64,000 bases of DNA from Balanoglossus misakiensis (Eukaryota > Animalia > Hemichordata). The notes beneath the pieces were generated by a model that saw nothing but the letters and a program-made list of their open reading frames with translations, searched no databases and was not told the origin of the DNA. A program made the position numbers and the translations under genes. Positions 21,463 through 36,400 of this stretch are shown here, one piece after another (within the stretch, counting starts at the first letter, position 1; every line of letters starts with the position of its first letter). The stretch is from NCBI GenBank assembly GCA_040954595.2, contig CM082588.2, positions 9,842,844 to 9,906,843 of the forward strand. The letters run 5' to 3'.

Positions 21463-24400
21463 ACGTGTTCTGCGCCTCACAACAGAATTCGGTAAATAAA
21501 CGAGGCTGTTTGGAAGCAACCAAGGAAATGTTAGAACTATCCGTCGATCTACAGAGTCTGGTGGAAAACGTTCTTATGCGCATAGGCCTATAATGTGTTC
21601 TGCGCCTCACAACTATATTCGGAAATAAACGAGGGTGTTTGGAAGCAACCATGGAAATTTTAGAACTATCTCTCGATCTACAGAGTCTATAGTGGAAAAC
21701 TTTCTTATGCACATATGCCTATCTATGTGTTCTGTGCCTCAAAACAGAATTCCGTAAATAAACGAGGCTGTTTGGAAGCAACTATGGAAATTTTAGAACT
21801 ACATGTATCCGTCGATCTACAGAGTCTGGTGGAAAACTTTCTTATGCGCATAGGCCTATCACGTGTTCTGCGCCTCACTACAGAATTCGGTAAATAAACG
21901 AGGCTGTTTGGAAGCAACTATGGAAATTTTAGAACTATCCGTTGATCTACAGAGTCTAGTGGAAAAATTTCTTATGCGCATAGGCCTATCATGTGTTCTG
22001 CGCCTCACAACAGAAATCGGTAAATAAACGAGGATGTTTGGAAGCAACCATGGAAATTTTAGAATTATCCGTCGATCTACGGAGTCTAGTGGAAAACTTT
22101 CTTATGCGCATAGGCCTATCTATGTGTTCTGCGCCTCACAACAGAATTCGGTAAATAAACGAGGCTGTTTGGAAGCAACCATGGAAATTTTAGAACTATC
22201 CGTCGATCTACAGAGTCTAGTGGAAAACTTTCTTATGCGCATAGGCCTATCTATGTGTTCTGCGCCTCACAACAGAATTCGGTAAATAAACGAGGCTGTT
22301 TGGAAGCAACCATGGAAATTTTAGAACTATCCGTCGATCTACGGAGTCTAGTGGAAAACTTTCTTATGCGCATAGGCCTATCTATGTGTTCTGCGCCTCA
22401 CAACAGAATTCGGAAATAAACGAGGCTGTTTGGAAGCAACCATGGACATTTTAGAACTATCTCTCGATCTACAGAGTCTAGTGGAAAACTTTCTCATGCG
22501 CATAGGCCTATTACGTGTTCTGCGCCTCACAACAGAATTCGGTAAATAAACGAGGCTGTTTGGAAGCAACCATGGAAATTTTAGAACTATCTCTTGATCT
22601 ACAGAGTCTAGTGGAAACATTTCTTATGCGCATAGGCCTATCATGTGTTATGCGCCTCACAACAGAATTCGGTAAATAAACGAGGTTGTTTGGAAGCAAC
22701 CATGGAAATTTTAGAACTATCTCTTGATCTACAGAGTCTAGTGGAAACATTTCTTATGCGCATAGGCCTATCATGTGTTATGCGCCTCACAACAGAAATC
22801 GGTAAATAAACGAGGCTGTTTGGAAGCAACCATGGACATTTTATAACTATCTCTCGATCTACAGAGTCTAGTGGAAAACTAATTAATACTGGAGCAAATA
22901 TTACTGTAACTCCTATTCGGTTGTTAGAGCTAGTACCCGCTCTTAAGAATTATCCGATGTTCAAGTCCAGATATAATTGTGTACAACCGGCAAACAAAGA
23001 CAAATTGAAGGTATTTGGATTGATGAAAATACCTGCTTTTATTGGGAATAAGCGTGTATTACTGTATGTTAATTTAGTTGAGTCTCTTCAGCATAATCTG
23101 ATTTTGGGACTTGATTTTATGAAGCGTTATAGAGCTGTTGTTGATTTCATGGGTAATATTTTAAGATTACAATCAGACGTACCGTTAAGAACCAATGTTG
23201 ATGTTAACATTCCACCTGGAAATGAAATGGTTATTCCAGTGAAAGTACCGTATAAATATCTTACTGGAGTTTTAGGTTGTATTTCTGATAAACGAACACG
23301 CTTAACCCCGGGTATTTTGGTAGCTAAGCCTATTCGAATAAGAATTTTCTTCCCATGCGTGTTCTGCGCCTCACAACAGAATTCGGTAAATAAACGAGGC
23401 TGTTTGGAAGCAACCTTGGAAATGTTAGAACTATCCGTCGATCTACAGAGTCTGGTGGAAAACGTTCTTATGCGCATAGGCCTATCATGTGTTCTGCGCC
23501 TCACAACAGAATTCGGAAATAAACGAGGCTGTTTGGAAGCAACCATGGAAATTTTAGAACTATCTCTCGATCTACAGAGTCTATAGTGGAAAACTTTCTT
23601 ATGCACATATGCCTATATATGTGTTCTGCGCCTCAAAACAGAATTCCGTAAATAAACGGGGCTGTTTGGAAGCAAACATGGAAATTCTAGAACTATCTCT
23701 CGATCTACAGAGTATAGTGGAAAACGTTCATATGCGCATAGGCCTATCATGTGTTATGCACATCACAACAGAATTTTGTAAACAAACGAGGCTTTGTTTG
23801 GAAGCAACAATGGAAATTTTAGAACTATCCGTCGATCTACGGAGTCTAGTGGAAAACTTTCTTATGCGCATAGGCCTATCTATGTGTTCTGCGCATCACA
23901 ACAGAATTTTTTAAACAAACGAGGCTTTGTTTGGAAGCAACCATGGAATTTTTAGAACTATCTATCGATCTACAGAGTCTAGTGGAAAACGTTCTTATGC
24001 GCATAGGCCTATGTATGTGTTCTGCGCATCACAACAGAATTTTGTAAACAAAGGAGGCTGTGTTTGGAAGCAACCATGGAAATTTTCGAACTATCTCTCG
24101 ATCTACAGAGTCTAGTGGAAACATTTCTTATGCGCATAGGCCTATTATGTGTTCTGCGCCTCACAACAGAAATCGGTAAATAAACGAGGCTGTTTGGAAG
24201 CAACCATGGAAATTTTATAACTATCTCTCGATCTACAGAGTCTAGTGGAAAACTAATTGATACTGGAGCAAATATTACTGTAGCTCCTATTCGGTTGTTA
24301 GAGCTAGTACCCGCTCTTAAGAATTATCCGATGTTCAAGTCCAGATATAATTGTGTACAACCGGCAAACGAAGACAAATTGAAGGTATTTGGATTGATGA

Positions 24401-27400
24401 AAATACCTGCTTTTATTGGGAATAAGCGCGTAAAACTGTATGTTAATTTAGTTGAGTCTCTTCAGCATAATCTGATTTTGGGACTTGATTTTATGAAGCG
24501 TTATAGAGCTGTTATTGATTTCATGGGTAATATTTTAAGATTACAATCAGACGTACCGTTAAGAACCAATGTTGATGTTAACATTCCACCTGGTGAAAGT
24601 ACCGTATAAATATCTTACTGGAGTTTTAGGTTGTATTTCTGATAAATGAACACGCTTAACCCCGGGTATTTTGGTAGCTAAGCCTATTCGAATAAGAATT
24701 TTCTTCCCATACGTGTTCTGCGCCTCACAACAGAATTCGGTAAATAAACGAGGCTGTTTGGAAGCAACCAAGGAAATGTTAGAACTATCCGTCGATCTAC
24801 AGAGTCTGGTGGAAAACGTTCTTATGCGCATAGGCCTATAATGTGTTCTGCGCCTCACAACTATATTCGGAAATAAACGAGGGTGTTTGGAAGCAACCAT
24901 GGAAATTTTAGAACTATCTCTCGATCTACAGAGTCTATAGTGGAAAACTTTCTTATGCACATATGCCTATCTATGTGTTCTGTGCCTCAAAACAGAATTC
25001 CGTAAATAAACGAGGCTGTTTGGAAGCAAACATGGAAATTTTAGAACTATCTCTCGATCTACAGAGTATAGTGGAAAACGTTCATATGCGCATAGGCATA
25101 TGTATGTGTTCTACGCATCACAACAGAATTCGGTAAATAAACGAGGCTGTTTGGAAACAACCATGGAAATTTTAGAACTATCCGTTGATCTAAAGTTGAA
25201 AAGTTTCTTATGCGCATAGGCCTATCTATGTGTTCTGCGCCTCCCAACAGAATTCCGTAAATACACGAGGCTGTGTTTGGAAGCAACCATGGAAATTTTA
25301 GAACTATCCGTCGATCTACAGAGTCTAGTGGAAAACGTTCTTATGCGCATAGGCCTATCTATGTGTTCTGCGCATCACAACAGAATTTTGTAAAAAAACG
25401 AGGATGTGTTTGGAAGCAACCATGGAAATTTAAGAACTATCCTCGATCTACAGAGTATAGTGGAAAACGTTCATATGCGCATAGGCCTATCTATGTGTTC
25501 TGCGCATCACAACAGAATTTTGTAAACAAACGAGGCTTTGTTTGGAAGCAACCATGGAAATTTTAGAACTATCCGTTGATCTAAAGTTGAAAAGTTTCTT
25601 ATGCGCATAGGCCTATCTATGTGTTCAGCGCATCACAACAGAATTGTGTAAATAAACGAGGCTGTGTTTGGAAACAACCCTGGAAATTTTAGAACTATCT
25701 CTCGATCTACAGTGACTAGTGGAAAACTTGCTTATGCACATAGGCCTATCTATATGTTCTGCGCATCACAACAGAATTCGGTAAATAAACGAGGCTGTAT
25801 TTGGAAGCAACCATGGAAATTTTAGAACTATCCGTCGATCTACAGAGTCTAATGGAAAACGTTCTTACGCACATAGGCCTATCTAAGTGTTATGCGCATC
25901 ACAACAGAATTTTATAAACAAACGAGGCTTTGTTTGGAAGCAACCATGGACATTTTAGAACTATCCGTCGATCTACAGTGGAAAACTATCTTATGCGCAT
26001 TGCCCTATCTATGTATTCTGCTCATCACAACATAATTTTGTAAACAAAAAAGGGTGTGTTTGGAAGCAACCATTGACATTTTAAAACTATCTCTTGATTT
26101 ACAGAGTCTAGTGGAAAACTTTCTTTGCACATTGACCTATGTATGTGTTCTGCGCCTCAAAACAGAATTCCGTAAATAAACGAGGCTGTTTGGAAGAAAC
26201 CATGGAAATTTTAGAACTATCTCTCGATCTACAGAATCTAGTGGAAAACATTATTATGCGCATAAACCTATCTATGTGTTCTGCGCATCACAACATAATT
26301 CAGTAAACAAACGAGGCGGGGTTTGGAAGCAACCATGGAAATTTTAGAAATATCTCTCGATCTACAGAGTCTAGTGGAAAACTTTGTTATGCGCATAGGC
26401 CTATCATGTGTTATGCGCATCACAACAGAATTTTGTAAACAAACGAGGCGGGGTTTGGAAGCAACCATGGAAATTTTAGAACTATCTCTCGATCTACAGA
26501 GTCTAGTGGAAAACATTCTTATGCGCAAAGGCCTATCTATGTGTTCTGCGCCTCAAAACAGAATTCCGTAAATAAACGGGGCTGTTTGGAAGCAAACATG
26601 GAAATTCTAGAACTATCTCTCGATCTACAGAGTATAGTGGAAAACGTTCATATGCGCATAGGCCTATCATGTGTTATGCACATCACAACAGAATTTTGTA
26701 AACAAACGAGGCTTTGTTTGGAAGCAACAATGGAAATTTTAGAACTATCCGTCGATCTACGGAGTCTAGTGGAAAACTTTCTTATGCGCATAGGCCTATC
26801 TATGTGTTCTGCGCATCACAACAGAATTTTGTAAACAAACGAGGCTTTGTTTGGAAGCAACCATGGAATTTTTAGAACTATCTATCGATCTACAGAGTCT
26901 AGTGGAAAACGTTCTTATGCGCATAGGCCTATCTATGTCTTCTGCGCATCACAACAGAATTTTGTAAACAAAGGAGGCTGTGTTTGGAAGCAACCATGGA
27001 AATTTTCGAACTATCTCTCGATCTACAGAGTCTAGTGGAAAACTTTCTTTGCACATAGACCTATGTATGTGTTCTGCGCCTCAAAACAGAATTCCGTAAA
27101 TAAACGAGGCTGTTTGGAAGAAACCATGGAAATTTTAGAACTATCTCTCGATCTACAGAATCTAGTGGAAAACTTTATTATGCGCATAAACCTATCTATG
27201 TGTTCTGCGCATCACAACATAATTCAATAAACAAACGAGGCGGGGTTTGGAAGCAACCATGGAAATTTTAGAAATATCTCTCGATCTACAGAGTCTAGTG
27301 GAAAACTTTGTTATGCGCATAGGCCTATCATGTGTTATGCGCATCACAACAGAATTTTGTAAACAAACGAGGCGGGGTTTGGAAGCAACCATGGAAATTT

Positions 27401-30400
27401 TAGAACTATCTCTCGATCTACAGAGTCTAGTGGAAAACATTCTTATGCGCAAAGGCCTATCTATGTGTTCTGCGCCTCAAAACAGAATTCCGTAAATAAA
27501 CGGGGCTGTTTGGAAGCAAACATGGAAATTCTAGAACTATCTCTCGATCTACAGAGTATAGTGGAAAACGTTCATATGCGCATAGGCCTATCATGTGTTA
27601 TGCACATCACAACAGAATTTTGTAAACAAACGAGGCTTTGTTTGGAAGCAACAATGGAAATTTTAGAACTATCCGTCGATCTACGGAGTCTAGTGGAAAA
27701 CTTTCTTATGCGCATAGGCCTATCTATGTGTTCTGCGCATCACAATAGAATTTTGTAAACAAACGAGGCTTTGTTTGGAAGCAACCATGGAATTTTTAGA
27801 ACTATCTATCGATCTACAGAGTCTAGTGGAAAACGTTCTTATGCGCATAGGCCTATCTATGTGTTCTGCGCATCACAACAGAATTTTGTAAACAAAGGAG
27901 GCTGTGTTTGGAAGCAACCATGGAAATGTTCGAACTATCTCTCGATCTACAGAGTCTAGTGGAAAACTTTCTTTGCACATAGACCTATGTATGTGTTCTG
28001 CGCCTCAAAACAGAATTCCGTAAATAAACGAGGCTGTTTGGAAGAAACCATGGAAATTTTAGAACTATCTCTCGATCTACAGAATCTAGTGGAAAACTTT
28101 ATTATGCGCATAAACCTATCTATGTGTTCTGCGCATCACAACATAATTCAATAAACAAACGAGGCGGGGTTTGGAAGCAACCATGGAAATTTTAGAAATA
28201 TCTCTCGATCTACAGAGTCTAGTGGAAAACTTTGTTATGCGCATAGGCCTATCATGTGTTATGCGCATCACAACAGAATTTTGTAAACAAACGAGGCGGG
28301 GTTTGGAAGCAACCATGGAAATTTTCGAACTATCTCTCGATCTACAGAGTCTAGTGGAAACATTTCTTATGCGCATAGGCCTATTATGTGTTATGCGCCT
28401 CACAACAGAAATCGGTAAATAAACGAGGCTGTTTGGAAGCAACCATGGAAATTTTATAACTATCTCTCGATCTACAGAGTCTAGTGGAAAACTAATTGAT
28501 ACTGGAGCAAATATTACTGTAGCTCCTATTCGGTTGTTAGAGCTAGTACCCGCTCTTAAGAATTATCCGATGTTCAAGTCCAGATATAATTGTGTACAAC
28601 CGGCAAACGAAGACAAATTGAAGGTATTTGGATTGATGAAAATACCTGCTTTTATTGGGAATAAGCGCGTAAAACTGTATGTTAATTTAGTTGAGTCTCT
28701 TCAGCATAATCTGATTTTGGGACTTGATTTTATGAAGCGTTATAGAGCTGTTATTGATTTCATGGGTAATATTTTAAGATTACAATCAGACGTACCGTTA
28801 AGAACCAATGTTGATGTTAACATTCCACCTGGTGAAAGTACCGTATAAATATCTTACTGGAGTTTTAGGTTGTATTTCTGATAAATGAACACGCTTAACC
28901 CCGGGTATTTTGGTAGCTAAGCCTATTCGAATAAGAATTTTCTTCCCATACGTGTTCTGCGCCTCACAACAGAATTCGGTAAATAAACGAGGCTGTTTGG
29001 AAGCAACCAAGGAAATGTTAGAACTATCCGTCGATCTACAGAGTCTGGTGGAAAACGTTCTTATGCGCATAGGCCTATAATGTGTTCTGCGCCTCACAAC
29101 TATATTCGGAAATAAACGAGGGTGTTTGGAAGCAACCATGGAAATTTTAGAACTATCTCTCGATCTACAGAGTCTATAGTGGAAAACTTTATTATGCGCA
29201 TAAACCTATCTATGTGTTCTGCGCATCACAACATAATTCAATAAACAAACGAGGCGGGGTTTGGAAGCAACCATGGAAATTTTAGAAATATCTCTCGATC
29301 TACAGAGTCTAGTGGAAAACTTTGTTATGCGCATAGGCCTATCATGTGTTATGCGCATCACAACAGAATTTTGTAAACAAACGAGGCGGGGTTTGGAAGC
29401 AACCATGGAAATTTTCGAACTATCTCTCGATCTACAGAGTCTAGTGGAAACATTTCTTATGCGCATAGGCCTATTATGTGTTATGCGCCTCACAACAGAA
29501 ATCGGTAAATAAACGAGGCTGTTTGGAAGCAACCATGGAAATTTTATAACTATCTCTCGATCTACAGAGTCTAGTGGAAAACTAATTGATACTGGAGCAA
29601 ATATTACTGTAGCTCCTATTCGGTTGTTAGAGCTAGTACCCGCTCTTAAGAATTATCCGATGTTCAAGTCCAGATATAATTGTGTACAACCGGCAAACGA
29701 AGACAAATTGAAGGTATTTGGATTGATGAAAATACCTGCTTTTATTGGGAATAAGCGCGTAAAACTGTATGTTAATTTAGTTGAGTCTCTTCAGCATAAT
29801 CTGATTTTGGGACTTGATTTTATGAAGCGTTATAGAGCTGTTATTGATTTCATGGGTAATATTTTAAGATTACAATCAGACGTACCGTTAAGAACCAATG
29901 TTGATGTTAACATTCCACCTGGTGAAAGTACCGTATAAATATCTTACTGGAGTTTTAGGTTGTATTTCTGATAAATGAACACGCTTAACCCCGGGTATTT
30001 TGGTAGCTAAGCCTATTCGAATAAGAATTTTCTTCCCATACGTGTTCTGCGCCTCACAACAGAATTCGGTAAATAAACGAGGCTGTTTGGAAGCAACCAA
30101 GGAAATGTTAGAACTATCCGTCGATCTACAGAGTCTGGTGGAAAACGTTCTTATGCGCATAGGCCTATAATGTGTTCTGCGCCTCACAACTATATTCGGA
30201 AATAAACGAGGGTGTTTGGAAGCAACCATGGAAATTTTAGAACTATCTCTCGATCTACAGAGTCTATAGTGGAAAACTTTCTTATGCACATATGCCTATC
30301 TATGTGTTCTGTGCCTCAAAACAGAATTCCGTAAATAAACGAGGCTGTTTGGAAGCAACCATGGAAATTTTAGAAATATCTCTCGATCTACAGAGTCTAG

Positions 30401-33400
30401 TGGAAAACTTTGTTATGCGCATAGGCCTATCATGTGTTATGCGCATCACAACAGAATTTTGTAAACAAACGAGGCGGGGTTTGGAAGCAACCATGGAAAT
30501 TTTCGAACTATCTCTCGATCTACAGAGTCTAGTGGAAACATTTCTTATGCGCATAGGCCTATTATGTGTTATGCGCCTCACAACAGAAATCGGTAAATAA
30601 ACGAGGCTGTTTGGAAGCAACCATGGAAATTTTATAACTATCTCTCGATCTACAGAGTCTAGTGGAAAACTAATTGATACTGGAGCAAATATTACTGTAG
30701 CTCCTATTCGGTTGTTAGAGCTAGTACCCGCTCTTAAGAATTATCCGATGTTCAAGTCCAGATATAATTGTGTACAACCGGCAAACGAAGACAAATTGAA
30801 GGTATTTGGATTGATGAAAATACCTGCTTTTATTGGGAATAAGCGCGTAAAACTGTATGTTAATTTAGTTGAGTCTCTTCAGCATAATCTGATTTTGGGA
30901 CTTGATTTTATGAAGCGTTATAGAGCTGTTATTGATTTCATGGGTAATATTTTAAGATTACAATCAGACGTACCGTTAAGAACCAATGTTGATGTTAACA
31001 TTCCACCTGGTGAAAGTACCGTATAAATATCTTACTGGAGTTTTAGGTTGTATTTCTGATAAATGAACACGCTTAACCCCGGGTATTTTGGTAGCTAAGC
31101 CTATTCGAATAAGAATTTTCTTCCCATACGTGTTCTGCGCCTCACAACAGAATTCGGTAAATAAACGAGGCTGTTTGGAAGCAACCAAGGAAATGTTAGA
31201 ACTATCCGTCGATCTACAGAGTCTGGTGGAAAACGTTCTTATGCGCATAGGCCTATAATGTGTTCTGCGCCTCACAACTATATTCGGAAATAAACGAGGG
31301 TGTTTGGAAGCAACCATGGAAATTTTAGAACTATCTCTCGATCTACAGAGTCTATAGTGGAAAACTTTCTTATGCACATATGCCTATCTATGTGTTCTGT
31401 GCCTCAAAACAGAATTCCGTAAATAAACGAGGCTGTTTGGAAGCAACCATGGAAATTTTAGAAATATCTCTCGATCTACAGAGTCTAGTGGAAAACTTTG
31501 TTATGCGCATAGGCCTATCATGTGTTATGCGCATCACAACAGAATTTTGTAAACAAACGAGGCGGGGTTTGGAAGCAACCATGGAAATTTTCGAACTATC
31601 TCTCGATCTACAGAGTCTAGTGGAAACATTTCTTATGCGCATAGGCCTATTATGTGTTATGCGCCTCACAACAGAAATCGGTAAATAAACGAGGCTGTTT
31701 GGAAGCAACCATGGAAATTTTATAACTATCTCTCGATCTACAGAGTCTAGTGGAAAACTAATTGATACTGGAGCAAATATTACTGTAGCTCCTATTCGGT
31801 TGTTAGAGCTAGTACCCGCTCTTAAGAATTATCCGATGTTCAAGTCCAGATATAATTGTGTACAACCGGCAAACGAAGACAAATTGAAGGTATTTGGATT
31901 GATGAAAATACCTGCTTTTATTGGGAATAAGCGCGTAAAACTGTATGTTAATTTAGTTGAGTCTCTTCAGCATAATCTGATTTTGGGACTTGATTTTATG
32001 AAGCGTTATAGAGCTGTTATTGATTTCATGGGTAATATTTTAAGATTACAATCAGACGTACCGTTAAGAACCAATGTTGATGTTAACATTCCACCTGGTG
32101 AAAGTACCGTATAAATATCTTACTGGAGTTTTAGGTTGTATTTCTGATAAATGAACACGCTTAACCCCGGGTATTTTGGTAGCTAAGCCTATTCGAATAA
32201 GAATTTTCTTCCCATACGTGTTCTGCGCCTCACAACAGAATTCGGTAAATAAACGAGGCTGTTTGGAAGCAACCAAGGAAATGTTAGAACTATCCGTCGA
32301 TCTACAGAGTCTGGTGGAAAACGTTCTTATGCGCATAGGCCTATAATGTGTTCTGCGCCTCACAACTATATTCGGAAATAAACGAGGGTGTTTGGAAGCA
32401 ACCATGGAAATTTTAGAACTATCTCTCGATCTACAGAGTCTATAGTGGAAAACTTTCTTATGCACATATGCCTATCTATGTGTTCTGTGCCTCAAAACAG
32501 AATTCCGTAAATAAACGAGGCTGTTTGGAAGCAACCATGGAAATTTTAGAAATATCTCTCGATCTACAGAGTCTAGTGGAAAACTTTGTTATGCGCATAG
32601 GCCTATCATGTGTTATGCGCATCACAACAGAATTTTGTAAACAAACGAGGCGGGGTTTGGAAGCAACCATGGAAATTTTCGAACTATCTCTCGATCTACA
32701 GAGTCTAGTGGAAACATTTCTTATGCGCATAGGCCTATTATGTGTTATGCGCCTCACAACAGAAATCGGTAAATAAACGAGGCTGTTTGGAAGCAACCAT
32801 GGAAATTTTATAACTATCTCTCGATCTACAGAGTCTAGTGGAAAACTAATTGATACTGGAGCAAATATTACTGTAGCTCCTATTCGGTTGTTAGAGCTAG
32901 TACCCGCTCTTAAGAATTATCCGATGTTCAAGTCCAGATATAATTGTGTACAACCGGCAAACGAAGACAAATTGAAGGTATTTGGATTGATGAAAATACC
33001 TGCTTTTATTGGGAATAAGCGCGTAAAACTGTATGTTAATTTAGTTGAGTCTCTTCAGCATAATCTGATTTTGGGACTTGATTTTATGAAGCGTTATAGA
33101 GCTGTTATTGATTTCATGGGTAATATTTTAAGATTACAATCAGACGTACCGTTAAGAACCAATGTTGATGTTAACATTCCACCTGGTGAAAGTACCGTAT
33201 AAATATCTTACTGGAGTTTTAGGTTGTATTTCTGATAAATGAACACGCTTAACCCCGGGTATTTTGGTAGCTAAGCCTATTCGAATAAGAATTTTCTTCC
33301 CATACGTGTTCTGCGCCTCACAACAGAATTCGGTAAATAAACGAGGCTGTTTGGAAGCAACCAAGGAAATGTTAGAACTATCCGTCGATCTACAGAGTCT

Positions 33401-36400
33401 GGTGGAAAACGTTCTTATGCGCATAGGCCTATAATGTGTTCTGCGCCTCACAACTATATTCGGAAATAAACGAGGGTGTTTGGAAGCAACCATGGAAATT
33501 TTAGAACTATCTCTCGATCTACAGAGTCTATAGTGGAAAACTTTCTTATGCACATATGCCTATCTATGTGTTCTGTGCCTCAAAACAGAATTCCGTAAAT
33601 AAACGAGGCTGTTTGGAAGCAAACATGGAAATTTTAGAACTATCTCTCGATCTACAGAGTATAGTGGAAAACGTTCATATGCGCATAGGCATATGTATGT
33701 GTTCTACGCATCACAACAGAATTCGGTAAATAAACGAGGCTGTTTGGAAACAACCATGGAAATTTTAGAACTATCCGTTGATCTAAAGTTGAAAAGTTTC
33801 TTATGCGCATAGGCCTATCTATGTGTTCTGCGCCTCCCAACAGAATTCCGTAAATACACGAGGCTGTGTTTGGAAGCAACCATGGAAATTTTAGAACTAT
33901 CCGTCGATCTACAGAGTCTAGTGGAAAACGTTCTTATGCGCATAGGCCTATCTATGTGTTCTGCGCATCACAACAGAATTTTGTAAAAAAACGAGGATGT
34001 GTTTGGAAGCAACCATGGAAATTTAAGAACTATCCTCGATCTACAGAGTATAGTGGAAAACGTTCATATGCGCATAGGCCTATCTATGTGTTCTGCGCAT
34101 CACAACAGAATTTTGTAAACAAACGAGGCTTTGTTTGGAAGCAACCATGGAAATTTTAGAACTATCCGTTGATCTAAAGTTGAAAAGTTTCTTATGCGCA
34201 TAGGCCTATCTATGTGTTCAGCGCATCACAACAGAATTGTGTAAATAAACGAGGCTGTGTTTGGAAACAACCCTGGAAATTTTAGAACTATCTCTCGATC
34301 TACAGTGACTAGTGGAAAACTTGCTTATGCACATAGGCCTATCTATATGTTCTGCGCATCACAACAGAATTCGGTAAATAAACGAGGCTGTATTTGGAAG
34401 CAACCATGGAAATTTTAGAACTATCCGTCGATCTACAGAGTCTAATGGAAAACGTTCTTACGCACATAGGCCTATCTAAGTGTTATGCGCATCACAACAG
34501 AATTTTATAAACAAACGAGGCTTTGTTTGGAAGCAACCATGGACATTTTAGAACTATCCGTCGATCTACAGTGGAAAACTATCTTATGCGCATTGCCCTA
34601 TCTATGTATTCTGCTCATCACAACATAATTTTGTAAACAAAAAAGGGTGTGTTTGGAAGCAACCATTGAAATTTTAAAACTATCTCTTGATTTACAGAGT
34701 CTAGTGGAAAACTTTCTTTGCACATAGACCTATGTATGTGTTCTGCGCCTCAAAACAGAATTCCGTAAATAAACGAGGCTGTTTGGAAGAAACCATGGAA
34801 ATTTTAGAACTATCTCTCGATCTACAGAATCTAGTGGAAAACTTTATTATGCGCATAAACCTATCTATGTGTTCTGCGCATCACAACATAATTCAGTAAA
34901 CAAACGAGGCGGGGTTTGGAAGCAACCATGGAAATTTTAGAAATATCTCTCGATCTACAGAGTCTAGTGGAAAACTTTGTTATGCGCATAGGCCTATCAT
35001 GTGTTATGCGCATCACAACAGAATTTTGTAAACAAACGAGGCGGGGTTTGGAAGTAACCATGGAAATTTTAGAACTATCTCTCGATCTACAGAGTCTAGT
35101 GGAAAACATTCTTATGCGCAAAGGCCTATCTATGTGTTCTGCGCCTCAAAACAGAATTCCGTAAATAAACGAGGCTGTTTGGAAGCAAACATGGAAATTT
35201 TACAGCTATCCGTCGATCTACAGAGTCTAGTGGAAAACGTTCTTATGCGCATAGGCCTATATATGTGTTCTGCGCATCACAACAGAATTCGGTAAACAAA
35301 CGAGGCGGGGTTTGGAAGCAACCATGGGAATTTTAGAACTATCCGTCGATCTACAGAGTATAGTGGAAAACGTTCTTATGCGCATAGGCCTATCATGTGT
35401 TATGCGCATCACAACAGAATTTTGTAAACAAACGAGGCGGGGTTTGGAAGCAACCATGGAAATTTGAGAACTATCCGTCGATCTACAGAGTCTAGTAGAA
35501 AACGTTCTTATGCGCATAGGCCTATCATGTGTTATGCGCATCACAACAGAATTTTGTAAACAAACGAGGCTTTGTTTGGAAGCAACCATGGAAATTTTAG
35601 AAATATCTCTCGATCTACAGAGTCTAGTGGAAAACTTTGTTATGCGCATAGGCCTATCATGTGTTATGCGCATCACAACAGAATTTTGTAAACAAACGAG
35701 GCGGGGTTTGGAAGCAACCATGGAAATTTTAGAACTATCTCTCGATCTACAGAGTCTAGTGGAAAACATTCTTATGCGCAAAGGCCTATCTATGTGTTCT
35801 GCGCCTCAAAACAGAATTCCGTAAATAAACGGGGCTGTTTGGAAGCAAACATGGAAATTCTAGAACTATCTCTCGATCTACAGAGTATAGTGGAAAACGT
35901 TCATATGCGCATAGGCCTATCATGTGTTATGCACATCACAACAGAATTTTGTAAACAAACGAGGCTTTGTTTGGAAGCAACAATGGAAATTTTAGAACTA
36001 TCCGTCGATCTACGGAGTCTAGTGGAAAACTTTCTTATGCGCATAGGCCTATCTATGTGTTCTGCGCATCACAACAGAATTTGGTAAACAAACGAGGCTT
36101 TGTTTGGAAGCAACCATGGAATTTTTAGAACTATCTATCGATCTACAGAGTCTAGTGGAAAACGTTCTTATGCGCATAGGCCTATCTATGTGTTCTGCGC
36201 ATCACAACAGAATTTTGTAAACAAAGGAGGCTGTGTTTGGAAGCAACCATGGAAATTTTCGAACTATCTCTCGATCTACAGAGTCTAGTGGAAACATTTC
36301 TTATGCGCATAGGCCTATTATGTGTTATGCGCCTCACAACAGAAATCGGTAAATAAACGAGGCTGTTTGGAAGCAACCATGGAAATTTTATAACTATCTC